Below, one piece after another: positions 1-12,668 of a stretch of 32,378 nucleotides of DNA (positions are counted from its first letter, which is position 1; each line of letters starts with the position of its first letter). Both the position numbers and the translations under genes were made by a program. Below the pieces are notes generated by a model that was given only the letters and a program-made list of their open reading frames with translations, made no database searches and had not been told where the DNA came from. Origin of the DNA: Octopus sinensis (taxonomy: Eukaryota); NCBI RefSeq assembly GCF_006345805.1, contig NW_021829626.1, forward strand, positions 1 to 32,378. The letters run 5' to 3'.

Positions 1-98
1 GCTTTTCTTTCCACGGGTAAACCTCACCTGTCTCCCCTTTACACTTCATATTGACATTTCTGTGATAACGATCCCTAGTGATATCATTTTTTTCCTCT

Positions 99-142
<44 letters not shown>

Positions 143-198
143 CTTATTTTTGCCCTCTTTCTCTCCTTTACGATCCCTTTTGATCGAACCTCCCCCTT

Positions 199-235
<37 letters not shown>

Positions 236-310
236 CCTTCAAAAGAAAAGCTCTACCTTTTAATTTGTTCTATCTGTGTGCAGCCCTGTGTGGCTAATAA
301 AGAAACATAT
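1..310 (+). mobile_element. Probable 3' end of a LINE-type retroelement
   Basis: Pyrimidine-rich 3'UTR-like tract with poly-T runs, AATAAA at 296-301, then an immediate (TATC)n/(TA)n tail. Family not identifiable from the window. Confidence 0.4.
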
Positions 311-425
311 CTATCTATCTATATAGATATATAGATATATATATAATATAATATATATATTATAATATACATACATATTATGTCTGCGTGTATGTATGCA
401 TGTATGTACGTTATATATATATGTG

Positions 426-498
<73 letters not shown>

Positions 499-546
499 AT
501 ATATATATAATATATATACACACACACATAGGCATACATACATATA

Positions 547-679
547 CAAGGAGGTGCTGAAAAGTTCCTGGCTTTAAAGGTATCGTGAAAGGCCTGGTTG
601 GACACCCAAACTTCCGAGTTCTTTTACAGGCACATAAAATATTTGTGTGAATCTGTTGAATAAAATCATAATTAACTGC
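547..679 (+). mobile_element. Mariner-derived MITE fragment (one end only)
   Basis: TA followed by a mariner-like terminus CAAGGAGGTGCTGAAAAGTTCCTGGCTTT. The interior resembles a mariner 3' end (GTTGAATAAAAT). No matching right TIR found. Confidence 0.45.
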
Positions 680-844
680 ACAAATACATATATACACATA
701 GATATATATACACATTTATATACTTGCATATATATATGTACATATGTGTATATAAATGCATATATATCTATAGATGTATGTGTGTGAGTATCATATACTC
801 GTACTTTACTCGTTACTTCGACCAGTTCTCTCTTTGCGTAGTGG

Positions 845-968
845 CATGCATACATGCATACATGCATACATACATACATGCATACATACATACATACATA
901 CATACATACATACATACATACATACATACATGCATGCATACATACATACATACATACATACATACATA
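845..968. repeat. (TACA)n microsatellite, representative of many simple repeats
   Basis: Seen directly. Similar TACA/TATG, TA, CA, TATC and TAA arrays occur at e.g. 1430-1503, 4191-4280, 5950-6055, 10491-10566, 13190-13810, 15160-16080, 17321-17397, 25925-26000, 28700-30170 and 30535-32378. Confidence 0.95.
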
Positions 969-1156
969 ATTACATAATTAAAAAGAGAAAGTCTCTGATA
1001 TAGAATTATCTAGTTGAAAAGATGAATAGAGATGGCGTTTTTAATAATTTTTCCACAGAAAAGCCATCTCTATGTATTTTATATATATATATATACGTAT
1101 GCATGTGTTCTTTCATTATTTTACTCTTTTATTCTTTTATATATAATATATATGTG

Positions 1157-1206
<50 letters not shown>

Positions 1207-1504
1207 ATATATACATATATATTATATATATACGTTATATATATAATATATATATATATATTATATATTATATATATATAATATTATATATATATATTAT
1301 CACATACTATATCTATATATAAAACCATCCATACATACAGTATAAGTACACACGTAACATCCTTCATCCTTGTATTTTTCTGATAATTTTTCCACAGAAA
1401 ATCCACCCCTATTCAGTTTCTCTAATTAATGTATGTATGTATGTATGTATGTATGTATGTATGTATGTATGTATGTATGTATGTATGTATGTATGTATGT
1501 ATGT

Positions 1505-2033
1505 GTCAGGTCACTTTCTAGTGCTACTGGTAATATGTAACCCAGTACAACCTGTTGCATGGTCGGGTCGTCGGCGACTAAACCGGCAACCCCACCAAGC
1601 TTGCTTGGTGAGGAGGGTGTTTATTGGACACTCTGCGGGTTGAAAAACAAAACCCGTCAAAGGCGGAGGAACTCTTGAGAGTCAATGGCCATCCAATAAA
1701 CGTCTTAAAGATGTATCATGCGCGGGGACATAGAAATAATCGGACTGAATACCCGATAGCGCGGTTAAACCATTGGGAGGGAAGGACTCCTAGCCTTTGT
1801 TAGGGCATCCCTCTAGGAGAAGGTAAATCAGGTAACTGGGATAACTCCGACATAAAACCTGCGGCTCAGTGGTTACCGATGATGTTGACTTCTTCTTTTC
1901 GGATTATGGCTGCTGTTGCTTAGTGAGTGGGATTGACTCAGTGCACAGCCTTTCCTCACTTTAAAAAAATCTTCTTGCACAGGCATTGCACGATAACAAC
2001 GTTGATTAAGCTTCGTGCATGGGGGCAGCCACC
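1505..2033 (+). mobile_element. RTE-clade LINE 5'UTR-like fragment or RTE-derived non-autonomous element
   Basis: GC-richer structured island between two (TATG)n arrays. Contains GGGCATCCCTCTAGGAGAAGGTAAA (about 1803-1827), resembling the conserved RTE 5'UTR motif (CTAGGAGAAGG-AAA). Confidence 0.5.
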
Positions 2034-2249
2034 ATGTATGTATGTGTGTATGTATGTATCTATGTGTGTATGTATGTATGTATGTATGTATGTATGTATG
2101 TATGTATGTATGTATGTATGTATGTATCTATGTATATATTTATGTATGCATATACAAGTATATACACACGCAAATATCATCCTTCATCGTTGTATTTCTG
2201 GACAAAATGATAACATTCAAATTAGGAACATGACGTGCAATTTACAGAA

Positions 2250-3040
2250 GGTATTAACTAATTATATCGATCCAAGTACATGACTAGTACTGTATTTTAT
2301 CTACCCCTAAAATAAGAAAGTCAAGGTTAACTTCAGATGGGCTTGAACCTTAAGCAAAAGGACCGACAGAAATACTGCAAAGAATTGTGTCCGAGGGGGC
2401 CCAACAATTCTACCATCCACTAATCCATATAATGAGAGTAATAATAATCCTTAGCCCTGAATTTTTTGTCTGGGAATAGGTTCGTGTATTTCGTCGACCT
2501 CTGTGATGAACTGGTACGTATTTTATGGTCCCCAAAAGGATGAAAGGTAAAGTCAACCTCGATGGAATTTGAACTCGGACGAAATGCAGCTAAGCATTTT
2601 GCCCGGCGTGCTAATGATTCTACCAGCTCGCCACCTTAAATGAGAGAAATATTGGTTTCAAAGTTTGGCACAAGGCCAGTAATTTCGAGGAAGTGTTAAA
2701 TCGATTACACCGACCCCAGTCTTCAAGTGGTACTTATTTTATCGACACCGAAAGGATGAAAGGCAAAGTCGACCGCGGCGGCATTTGAACTAAGAATGTG
2801 AACACGGACGAAATGTCGCTGAGCATTTTGCGGTAACGATTCCGTCAGTTCGCCGCTTTAAACCGGGAGAAACATTGCGAAGAATTGTGTTCGAGGTTAC
2901 TAACGATTATGTCAACCCATTAATTCATTGATCGATAGTAATAATCCCTTCTGCTATAAGTACAAAGCCTGAAATTTTGGAAAAGAAGTTAGTTGATTAC
3001 ATCGCCCCCTATGCTCAACTGGTATTTATTTCATCGACCG
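2250..3040 (-). mobile_element. Cluster of about four tandem tRNA-derived SINEs (family A)
   Basis: Repeated homologous units at about 2250-2420, 2440-2635, 2651-2856 and 2938-3040 share AAAGGATGAAAGG-AAAGTC-ACC, TTTGAACT (B-box-like on -) and CAG-TCGCC heads. Same family at 9389-9598, 10741-10786, 17131-17282 and 23300-23522. Confidence 0.85.
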
Positions 3041-4189
3041 ACAGTAATAACCATATGTAATAAGGAGTATGTATTCATGATGGTAGATTTTGCACTACGA
3101 CAAACTATCGGACAACCTCACTATATGCAGCAACCGATGTTTTGTCACCCCCATACCGCTGTCAGCTCTCCTTGCGTATGTACAAACAAAAACGCACTTA
3201 ACGTTTAAATTAAACTAGCCCAGTCAGCCGACACTAACTTGAGAAATAACGGCAGTAGCAGTAGACTGTCTGACAGACACACAGGAACCTAACGAAGAAT
3301 AATAACTACTAATAACGATAAGAGCAACAATATTTCAGTACCACTACCATCACCACCATCAACGTCAGCAATGGCAAGAATATCATCATTGTAATCGTCA
3401 TCGTCATCATTACCATGTACAACATTAAAAACAACAGTAACAGCAGCAGGGCTAATGAAGAAGAACGATGTCCAGTTTTTAAGAGTGGAATCAGACTGAG
3501 TATATATTATTGTTTGAATGCGTGTGTGCGCGAGTGTGCGTGTTTGTGTGTTACTGTTGTTTAATCATAGATCATTTCTGATTTGATCGTGCAAGGCCTG
3601 CCATCAGAATTATTCGTTACAACCGTGGCCATCTCTTCGCTTAGTTTCAGTCACATCTTCGTGTCCCTCTCAAAGCACATCTCCAAATATACTTCAACTT
3701 CATCCAAACTGGAAGTATTTGGTGGTTTTTGAGGGGGGATTTTGGCAGCTATAGCTAGCCAGCCGGTCGGGCGACTGCTATTAGTGGAAGGTAAGTAGCT
3801 AAGTTATTTTAATACTACCTACTTAACTTGAGACGAACAACAGGGGTGTAAATTTTTCGTCGCAAACCCACCGAACAGAACAGAAAACAAAGTTGAATAA
3901 TTTACTGAGGAATATAGAAGATAAAAATAAATAGATAAATAAATAACAACGGAAACGAAAAAAGAAAAGAAAACAAGACAAAAGCGAAAGAAAATAAAAC
4001 AAAAACAAACAAAACGAAGAAAAGGGGGGAAATATGAAGAAAGAACAATATTTGCTTTATTTCTGATATACGGATAATCTTTATTTACAGTTCGGTGACA
4101 TCTTTCTAGTTTAGTTTTCTAGTTTTCCCATCTAAAAAAAAAAAAAAATGAAAATAATTCAAATAATTTATTTCCATAAAAACATATAA

Positions 4190-4281
<92 letters not shown>

Positions 4282-5069
4282 GTCTGTCTGTCTGTCTGTC
4301 TGTCAGTCTGCTTGTCTGTCTTTTTTCTGTCTGATAATCTGTCTGTCTATCGATCTATCTGTCTGTTATACATTCCCACCTTTAGTCTGTCTTTATATCT
4401 CCGCCTCTCCGTCATAGAGCTAGCCGTATAATTTTCCTCCAACTCCCTATCTTTCTCTCTGTTTATTTGACTCCTCCCTCATTTCCCCTCTTCTGTCTGT
4501 CTATGTCTCTGTTTGTCTGTTTGTCTACCTATATAATATTATATCTTGAACCAAGTCAAAATTACACTAGTATAACATTCAGTCTACGAACAATTATCGT
4601 CCTCAGGTATGTATCTATGGTGTCTGACTGTCTGCATGTGTGAACGTGTGAGAGTGGTTCTGCTAGATAAGATGAATAGCTGTCAGGAGGAGAGAAGATA
4701 ATAATGCTGTTTGAGGCTGGTTGGCATTGGCCGGAGCCGAATCCTTTTAACAGATCGTTCGTCCATAGAGTTGGGGAAAGAAAAGGAAGACGAAAAACAG
4801 ATATTGTTTCTACTTTGCTTTACCCATCACCTCCTCAGTTATGTTTCATGGCTTATTTTGTTTCCGGTTTCAAACACTTATCACTTTCACGTTACAAGAA
4901 CGCAGGGTGTTGTTGTGTACATTTTTACGGTTGCCGTCAGCAATACAACAGAACTTCTCCCCAACCTGGAAACTCAGGAGAAAATCAACATCAAGACAGT
5001 TTTGCTACCGTTTCTACAGGAGGCCGCCAATTATCGTTAGACAGCGGCTGCCTCACAGCACAATATCTA

Positions 5070-5706
5070 ATGTACCCACCTCGATTTGTAATACTGGTAG
5101 TGCTGATTGCTATGACAGCTTGCAGTAGTATGGCCATGCCAGTACAGGTTGTTGCAGCTTGGTCGACGACGAGAAATTATTCAACGTATCGTAACAACAA
5201 CACGTCCCGCAGCATCTCGCAAACTTACACCCCAATCGAAGCATCATCACTTTTGTCGCGTCACTTGAAATCCAATCGTTTTGTGTCCGTGTCAAATTCA
5301 AATTCACTTTGGTCATCACTGCTAAATAGAGACACAGTAAGAAGCTCTTCATTTCACCACTGGCCAATTGCTAAGGACGCTCTATATGGTATCCAGGGGT
5401 TAGATGAAGGAAATAATCACCATATTACTTACAGGGACAAAGATTTATCGGAGAAGGTAGACGAGACACACGTTCGTAAACGTCGATCATTGACACCAGA
5501 TATATCAAAATCAAACATGGATGCACTCGAACGTTTATCACGTGTGTTCGGTATTCGGCGACTTCCGTCACCGGACAAAGTGTCACCGCACATGATCGCT
5601 CCTGAATACATGACTCAACTTTATCAAAGCATTACAGACAGCGGAGGCCTGACAAAGGCTAATAGTCCTTACAATGCGGATATTATACGTAGCTTCCCAG
5701 ACAGAG
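5070..5706 (+). CDS. ADMP: First coding exon of a TGF-beta/BMP-family ligand (signal peptide and N-terminal prodomain), most like ADMP
   Basis: Lies within ORF 4704-5714. MYPPRFVILVVLIAMTACSSMA is a hydrophobic signal peptide. ALERLSRVFGI...APEYMTQLYQSITDSGGLTKANSPYNADIIRSFPDR matches the BMP prodomain L..FG / P.YM..LY / RSF pattern and recalls ADMP (LL.VFG, D..G.T). It ends at AG|GTAAGT, a phase-1 intron just after RSF as in BMP2/4-type genes. Family call is strong, ADMP orthology is from recall and is less certain. Confidence 0.8.
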
Positions 5707-5712
5707 GTAAGT
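5707..5712 (+). other. Splice donor GTAAGT starting a long intron
   Basis: Perfect consensus AG|GTAAGT. The ORF stops two codons later and composition switches to microsatellite. Confidence 0.9.
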
Positions 5713-5981
5713 GACAATAACTTTCTTATAAACAAATATACAACGTTATTTTTTACGGGATTTCATGTGCTCACACACATACACATGCAAACACATACAT
5801 GCACACATGCACACACATACATACATGCATATGTATTGATACATACATACATATATCCATCCATCCATCCATACATGCATACCTACATACATACATCATA
5901 CATACATACATACATACATACAAGCATATATATATATGATATGTATATGATATAAATATATATATATGTATATATATATAT

Positions 5982-6043
<62 letters not shown>

Positions 6044-6098
6044 TATATATTAATATGTATGTGTGTATGTATCTATGTATCTATGTATTGTATATGTT

Positions 6099-6311
6099 TG
6101 TAAATCAGAAGTGCAAAAACAAAACAAAAGAATAAATTGAACAATTATTAATTCAATTCAATTTAAATATTTTGCGCAAACAAATGATACATCTCATAAA
6201 CAGCTGTAATTTATGAGATGTATCATTTGTTTGTATAAAATATTTTAATTGAATTGAATTTATAATTGTTCAATTTATTGCTTTGTTTTGTTTTTTCATT
6301 TCAGATTTACA
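6099..6311. repeat. Long inverted repeat (~102-bp arms, 9-nt loop)
   Basis: 6099-6200 is the imperfect reverse complement of 6210-6311 (AAACAAATGATACATCTCATAAA / TTTATGAGATGTATCATTTGTTT). Confidence 0.9.
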
Positions 6312-6525
6312 TTTATATATTAATAAACTGTATGTTTATTTTATTTACCTATTGAAGTAAAAATTGTTATTGATACAGGTAATATAAACCAGTAAATTCT
6401 TTGGATATTTAATATCCCTTAGGGATATTAAATATCCTTCGGATATTCAATATCCCTAGCTAAATTGTCATATATATATATATATATATGAATGTATATC
6501 TATATATATATGTATGTATATATAT

Positions 6526-6560
<35 letters not shown>

Positions 6561-6584
6561 GAATGTATATCTATATATATAATG

Positions 6585-6635
<51 letters not shown>

Positions 6636-6748
6636 AAAATGCCTGCAATCACCTATATTATTGTTGTTGTTATTAGCAATTATTTATATTTACCACATAT
6701 ACTAATAATAATAATATCTATATAAATATTCAGTTTTGAATATTTTCT

Positions 6749-6818
<70 letters not shown>

Positions 6819-7113
6819 TATGTATATATATAAATATATGTGTGTGTATATATAAATCTGTATGCACACATGTATATAAGATTGTACGCATTTGTAGATA
6901 TGTACATACATTGCATACATATACATAATACATACATACGTACACAAACACTCACGCACACACACACACACACACGCACAGACATATATATATATATGTA
7001 TATGTGTATATATATGTGTGTGTGTGTGTGTGTATGTGCGTGTGTATATATATGTGTGTACATATATATGTATATATGTATATATATAGATGTATATATA
7101 TATATATATAATA

Positions 7114-7169
<56 letters not shown>

Positions 7170-9388
7170 GTATGTATGTTTTTATGTGTGTATGTATGTA
7201 TGTAAGGTTATATATAACTTGACATAGCGGAATATTGAATGAATTTATGTGACAAGTTTCAGAGACATACCTCTATGGAAATTTAGAATGTTTTTCGCAG
7301 ATGTGCTACCAGGAGATCTTTCACTGAAACATCACAGAAAAAGGATGAATTTTTCAATATAGCAGTTAAATATAAATGTAACACTCCAGACAATATCTGA
7401 TATCTCACAGTTTCGAACTTATGTTTCCACCGTTTGCTCTTTTATTCAGAAGTACTCCATAACTTTTTTTAACTGTACGCTATAACTTTTTCCAATATTT
7501 ATTAATCATTGAATCTTTATTTTTCCGATAAAGGATAGAATCTGAAAAGTTATAATTATTTTCTCTTCACAGTATACAAACGTATCCTATTTTCTGCAGT
7601 TTATATGTAAAGAATACCTAAAACAGACATGGAGTAGAGAGAGAATGTCTTTTATGAGGTTGTGATGTGGAATTTGACAAGCCATGTTGATATATTGATT
7701 GCCTAACCTATTAATAAAAAATCAACAAGTTAACTGGTTAAATAATTAAATAATTAACTAATAACAATAATAACATGTATGAAGTAGAACCAGTGCGTGT
7801 GCTTATTATTGATATAATGACTCTACCAAGATACCAAAATATTTTTTCAACATATGATTCCCATCAAGAATCTTCTAAACCAAATGCATAAACAAATACA
7901 CAAAGGGCTCAGATATCCGATACATCGGATTATTTTTCTCTTTTTCGCAACTTTAACAAAATAACATACTTTCCTGTTGCATATCTACAAGTTGTATTTG
8001 CTACAAGTCAAAAGTAGTTATTTTTCTCGACGTGATGAACAAAACTTTTTTAGCAATCATCTTGACTTTCTCTTCAAATTTAACCTTGATTTCATAATTT
8101 TGTCCCACACTTCCACCGTTTTATACTTCTCTAAAATGTCTGCTCTATTACACGCGCGCGCGAAAATAAAACAATCTGGCAAAGTATATCAAATTAATTA
8201 CGTGGAAAATTTCCCAGAGGTGACTTCCGCGTGAAGAACATATAGTTAAGTAGGTGCTACTTAATGTAGTGAGCCTCCCAAAATGTTTAATCAATTTAAA
8301 TTACCTACGTACGAAAAGAAAAATCATTAGTGTTAATGATAATTCTTTCTTACAGTAAGGGAGACAACTTCCATTTTCAGTGCAGAATGGTTTGAGCAAT
8401 CCCTCCACACTACCAACAAATTTGTTTAGTCATGATAAATTCAATCTATGAACTGATTACCAGTTGACGGATTCCTTTAATCACAAAAGTAGCGTTTATA
8501 TATACACGCAGGCATTTTGTCAGACGCTCTAACGAACAGATACAAGGTACACAAAAAACAGAGACTTAAAAATACGTAAGACAGATAAGTTATATAAAGA
8601 CGAAGAAATGGGTGAAAGACGTTATACAATATGTAATTTACGTACATGGACTCTTCCTCGCCAGAGGTGGCAACGTTTTCAAGAGGAAAATACCTTTTTA
8701 ATGAATTTCTCCTAGGAGAGCACCTCACCTTTGCGGGAGGCGTGGCCCTTGCCTCTTAAAAATCCTTTTACAATTATTTTCTGTTGGGGTAGGGCATTTT
8801 TCTTTCTTTCGTCTTTTTTTTTAAGAAGAACACTGCTAGCTTACACTGACTCTTGTTTGGTCCCTATCTTTGAAAACCAGGTAGTATTTAGGGAATATAA
8901 TGCTTCTCGCGGCAAAATATTTCATATATAGGGTTTTCTTGACGAAAGTACGCTTGCAATGCTCGCCATGCTTTCGTTTAACCCCGTACATATATGTGTA
9001 GTATTATTAACAAACATACTCCCTCTATATACTGCTTTTGGTTTTGAAATGTTATTAATTTTTTCAATTTTCTACAATTCGTGTCTACATTAATCTTGTC
9101 TTTCTATTTTGTAGCTATTTTGTTCAGTGTAATCTCTTTTGGAGTGACTCCCCAGTAACGTGAAACCATTTATACGGAGGAATAATAATGGAATTATTAA
9201 AAAAAAAGTAAAAATAAAACCCAGTCTACTGGTTATCCTCTGTAGGTAGTGGACTTCCAAAATGTTCAATAAAAATCTTTGTTTGAAATAATATCCAAAA
9301 TAAAGATTAATTTCTCTAGTTACACGCGGAGAACATTGAGAATTATCGGAGCGATATTATTTTTACGTATGAATGTGTCAGCAGCAAA

Positions 9389-9598
9389 TAATAATAATCC
9401 TTTCTACTATAGAGATAAGGTCTGGAATTTCGGGGAAGGGGGAAGTCGATTACATTGACCCCAGAACTTGACTGGTACTTATTTTATCGACCCCGAAGAA
9501 TGAAAGGTAAAGTCGACCTCGGCGGAATTTGATCTCAGAACGTAAAGACGGACACAATGATGCTATGCATTCTGTTTCCTCGTGCTAACAATTCTGCT
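9389..9598 (-). mobile_element. tRNA-derived SINE (family A)
   Basis: Homologous to the copies at 2440-2856, with an ATT-repeat tail on the - strand. Confidence 0.85.
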
Positions 9599-9616
9599 AA
9601 ATAATAAAATTATTAT

Positions 9617-10490
9617 TTGATGAAAACTCTCAGCTTATTTTGCTGAGTATAATGGAAAGTGTCAGCTGTCCACAACCAGCAGACTAAGGTGATTCTTGTT
9701 TACTGGTCATGCTTCAAGAACCTACAAAAAAGTCTTGCAGTTCGAAGCAAAGCTGATTTTTGTAGGTGTTCTATCCTTACATTTGTACCAATCTTTTTGA
9801 GTCATGTTGGTAGTTAAATACTGATACTTCCAAGAGGGCTCATTATTAGTATCACGGCTACTCTCTTCATTAACCACAACCTTCGCATTTCCCACTTCAA
9901 ATCGTCATTGTTGTTCAGTATTTCCTCCTTTCTCTTTCATTCTGTTGTCACCGGGGCATGTTATGTCGATGATCATGCAAGTTTTTTTTTTTGTATTCAC
10001 CATAACAATGTCTGATTTCCGATATCTGTTAAGGTGATCGCACTGAATCATTACATCCTACAGGATTTTGCAACTTTCATTCTCAGTGACTCGTTCTGGA
10101 GTTTTCTCATGCCACGTCTTTGCTCCTTGTTGGCCGTAATTTCCACAGAGCTCCCAATGGATCATTCTTTCTATATTGTCATGTCTTTTGTATTCGCGTT
10201 GTGCCAATTTCATCTGTTCGCTAATGATGTGTCATACCGTTTCACCCTCTGCATTTGTCGTAGTCGGTAGTGTTGTCGAGTCTGCATTTCACATAGTTAG
10301 TCTTTAACGCTTGTTCTTGTGCTGCGTATATAAGTGCTTTTGTCTTTATCTTTAGGTTACTCCTACTCATCCATAGCCATTGGTCTTCTTTATCTGTTTT
10401 GGCGTTCACATCTCTTGCTAAATGATCGTACACTTTTTTCTCTTTCCATGCTGTTTCTTTTTTATGTTCTTTTCCTCTTTAAGCATTTCT
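9617..10490 (-). mobile_element. 5'-truncated, decayed R4/Dong-clade non-LTR retrotransposon (zinc knuckle and restriction-like endonuclease)
   Basis: Minus-strand peptides ALIYAAQEQALKTNY, DKCR, KLAQREYKRHDNI, YRKSDIVMV and CMIIDITCPGD, broken by stops and frameshifts. TAA repeats flank both ends. Confidence 0.85.
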
Positions 10491-10511
10491 TTATTATTAT
10501 TATTATTATTA

Positions 10512-10566
<55 letters not shown>

Positions 10567-10569
<3 letters not shown>

Positions 10570-10668
10570 TAGTTTTATTTTTCCACGTGCTTTCCCTGCA
10601 CTACCGAGTGCGGTTCTGTGTACTTTGGGTATGTGCTGTGGTTTGTTGTGATGCTCTTATTTTTACTA
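10567..10668 (-). mobile_element. Short unique insert between TAA arrays, probably the 3'UTR of a second Dong-like element
   Basis: About 100 bp of complex sequence bounded by (TAA)n on both sides, ending AAAATAAAACTACTGAATAATAAT on -. Confidence 0.45.
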
Positions 10669-11181
10669 GTATTATTATTATTATTGTTATTATAATTATT
10701 ATTATCATTGTTGTTGTTGATGTCGTTGTTATTATTATTAAGGTGGCGAGCTGGCAGAATCGTTAGCACTTAAAACGTTAAGCGGTACATAGTAATTCGC
10801 AGCGAATTGATGACTTGCCTCTGACACACTGACTATTGTTGCATTCGATCAAACGATGAGAACTCAAAGTCAGTTATGGAAAAATATGGTACACCTGATG
10901 AAAAATTATCATGAATTTTTCTTTAGTAGTTCGGCCTGCTAGATAAAGAGCTCTTATTAGGCTCACTTCTCGATAAAGGTTGCCCATTCCTACGGTCGGC
11001 CGACCTACTGGATAGGGTAGTCAAATTTATTCAAGCTGCGGTCAATGTCACAAAGAATTTCAGTTCATTGTGGGTTTTAAGCACAGTTTATAAAGACAAA
11101 TGTTTTAAGAAAAACAAAATCCTGTTGCGCATGCCAGACACACTAATGCACTAAAGTAAAGTAAAAATAGATGTATACGTT

Positions 11182-11213
<32 letters not shown>

Positions 11214-11296
11214 CATACATAATACATACATACATACAATCATACATAAATACATACATACATACATACGTTCATACATACATACATGCACATATA

Positions 11297-12050
11297 GTAT
11301 CACCCACATCATAAACAGTTGTCCGAATATTGTCACCACGGTTTTATCTACCGATGAGACATGATGTTGTAGCTAGGACACTCTATAATGAAATCCGACT
11401 GGAAAATAACCCCGAGGACAAAGAAATAAGAGCCCGCAGTTTGGTAGAAGCCATAGCCACTCATAATAAAAAGGAGTACTGATGGAATGTCCAAGTGAAA
11501 ACTGCAATAAAATGTAAACACAATAGACCTGATAATGATTTGGGATGGAGAAGAGAAACTGTCTACAGCTGTGGAAATTAGCTGCCCAGTAGATATTAAC
11601 ATAAGGCTGATGATCAGTAAAAAAGAAAATACCTACGCTGAACTAATGAGAAATCTGTAATTACTCTATCCAGATTACAAGTTCAAGTTTATACCTGTAA
11701 TTATTAGGGCCCTGGGATATGTAACACACTGCCTAAAAATCAATCTTGAGAAATTAGGCTTCTCAAAACCAGAAAGGAGAAGGTTGATTCGAAGACAACA
11801 GACCCAAGCTATCACTGGAACTGTAAAAAGCTGTAAGACATTCTAGAAGTTTATCTAAATATATATGAGCATGTCTAAATATGCAAGTATATGTCTGAGA
11901 AGAGAAGAAATAAAACATACAAATCTGCACGTATACATGCATACATACATATATACATACATAGAAAAATACCCTGTTGTTGATGTTGAACTTCCAATGA
12001 AGGAGCCTTGCATCTAGGTTAGAAACCGGCTCTTAATCTATTAGAAAGAA
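11297..12050 (+). mobile_element. 3' part of a decayed R4/Dong-like non-LTR retrotransposon (restriction-like endonuclease)
   Basis: Peptides ITHIINSCP, YLPMRHDVVARTLY, KCKHNRPD, VEISCPVD, KKENTY and FIPVIIRALGYV give the H..C, RHD, PD..E..K signature. In-frame stops and frameshifts, then a 3'UTR to about 12050. Confidence 0.85.
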
Positions 12051-12351
12051 ATCTATCTATCTATATATATGTATATATATATATATATAAATTAATAATA
12101 ATATTAGGGAGTAAATCCAAACTTACAAGGAAAAATTAGATTTAGGATTAAATCTAATTTTATAATATAAATATATATTATATTAAATTAGAGATAAAAC
12201 CACTATTAGGCAAATCAAACAGTGAAAATCATAAGCCAATACATAGAAATAAAATTAATTAAAAAATATATTAAAAATATAAAATATAAAATATAAAAAT
12301 CCAATTAAAATATTTAAATTAAAGTTAAAATTTTAAAAAATTATTTAATAA

Positions 12352-12668
12352 TTTTAGAGCGTCGAGCTTACGATCGTGAGGTTGTGAGCTCGAATCCCGG
12401 ACCGGGCTGCGTGTTGTGTTCTTGAGCAAGGCACTTTATTTCACGTTGCTCCAGTTCACTCAGTTGTAGAAATGGGTTGCGACGTCACTGGTGCCAAGCT
12501 TTATCGACCTTTGTCTTTCCCTTGGTTAACACTGGTGGCGTGGAGAGGGGAGGCCGGTATGCATGGGCGACTGCTGGTCTTCCATAAACAACCTTGCCCG
12601 GACTTGTGTCTAGGAGGGTAACTTTCTAGGTGCAATCCCATGGTCATTCATGACCGAAGGGGGTCTTT
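12352..12668 (+). mobile_element. tRNA-derived SINE (family C) with a conserved-domain-like body
   Basis: tRNA-like head with B-box GAGCTCGAATCCC, then GTGTTCTTGAGCAAGGCACTTTATTTCAC, similar to V/CORE-type SINE central domains. Confidence 0.75.

Noticed and set aside
3000-5069. BMP-responsive Smad/Schnurri silencer GRCGNC(N5)GTCTG expected near ADMP
   Set aside because: No match found by eye near the exon. The scan was not exhaustive.
8655-8675. CTCF-like site CGCCAGAGGTGGCA in a non-repetitive intronic stretch
   Set aside because: A single imperfect match, not supportable without conservation or ChIP data.
10895-10925. CTGATGA followed by an AAAATT/AATTTT stem
   Set aside because: No GAAA after the stem and no stems I or III.
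11993-12033. AATGAAGGA-GCCT...AGGT-TAGAAACCGGCTC as a hammerhead
   Set aside because: Core, stem II junction and stem I all deviate. More simply a LINE 3'UTR hairpin.
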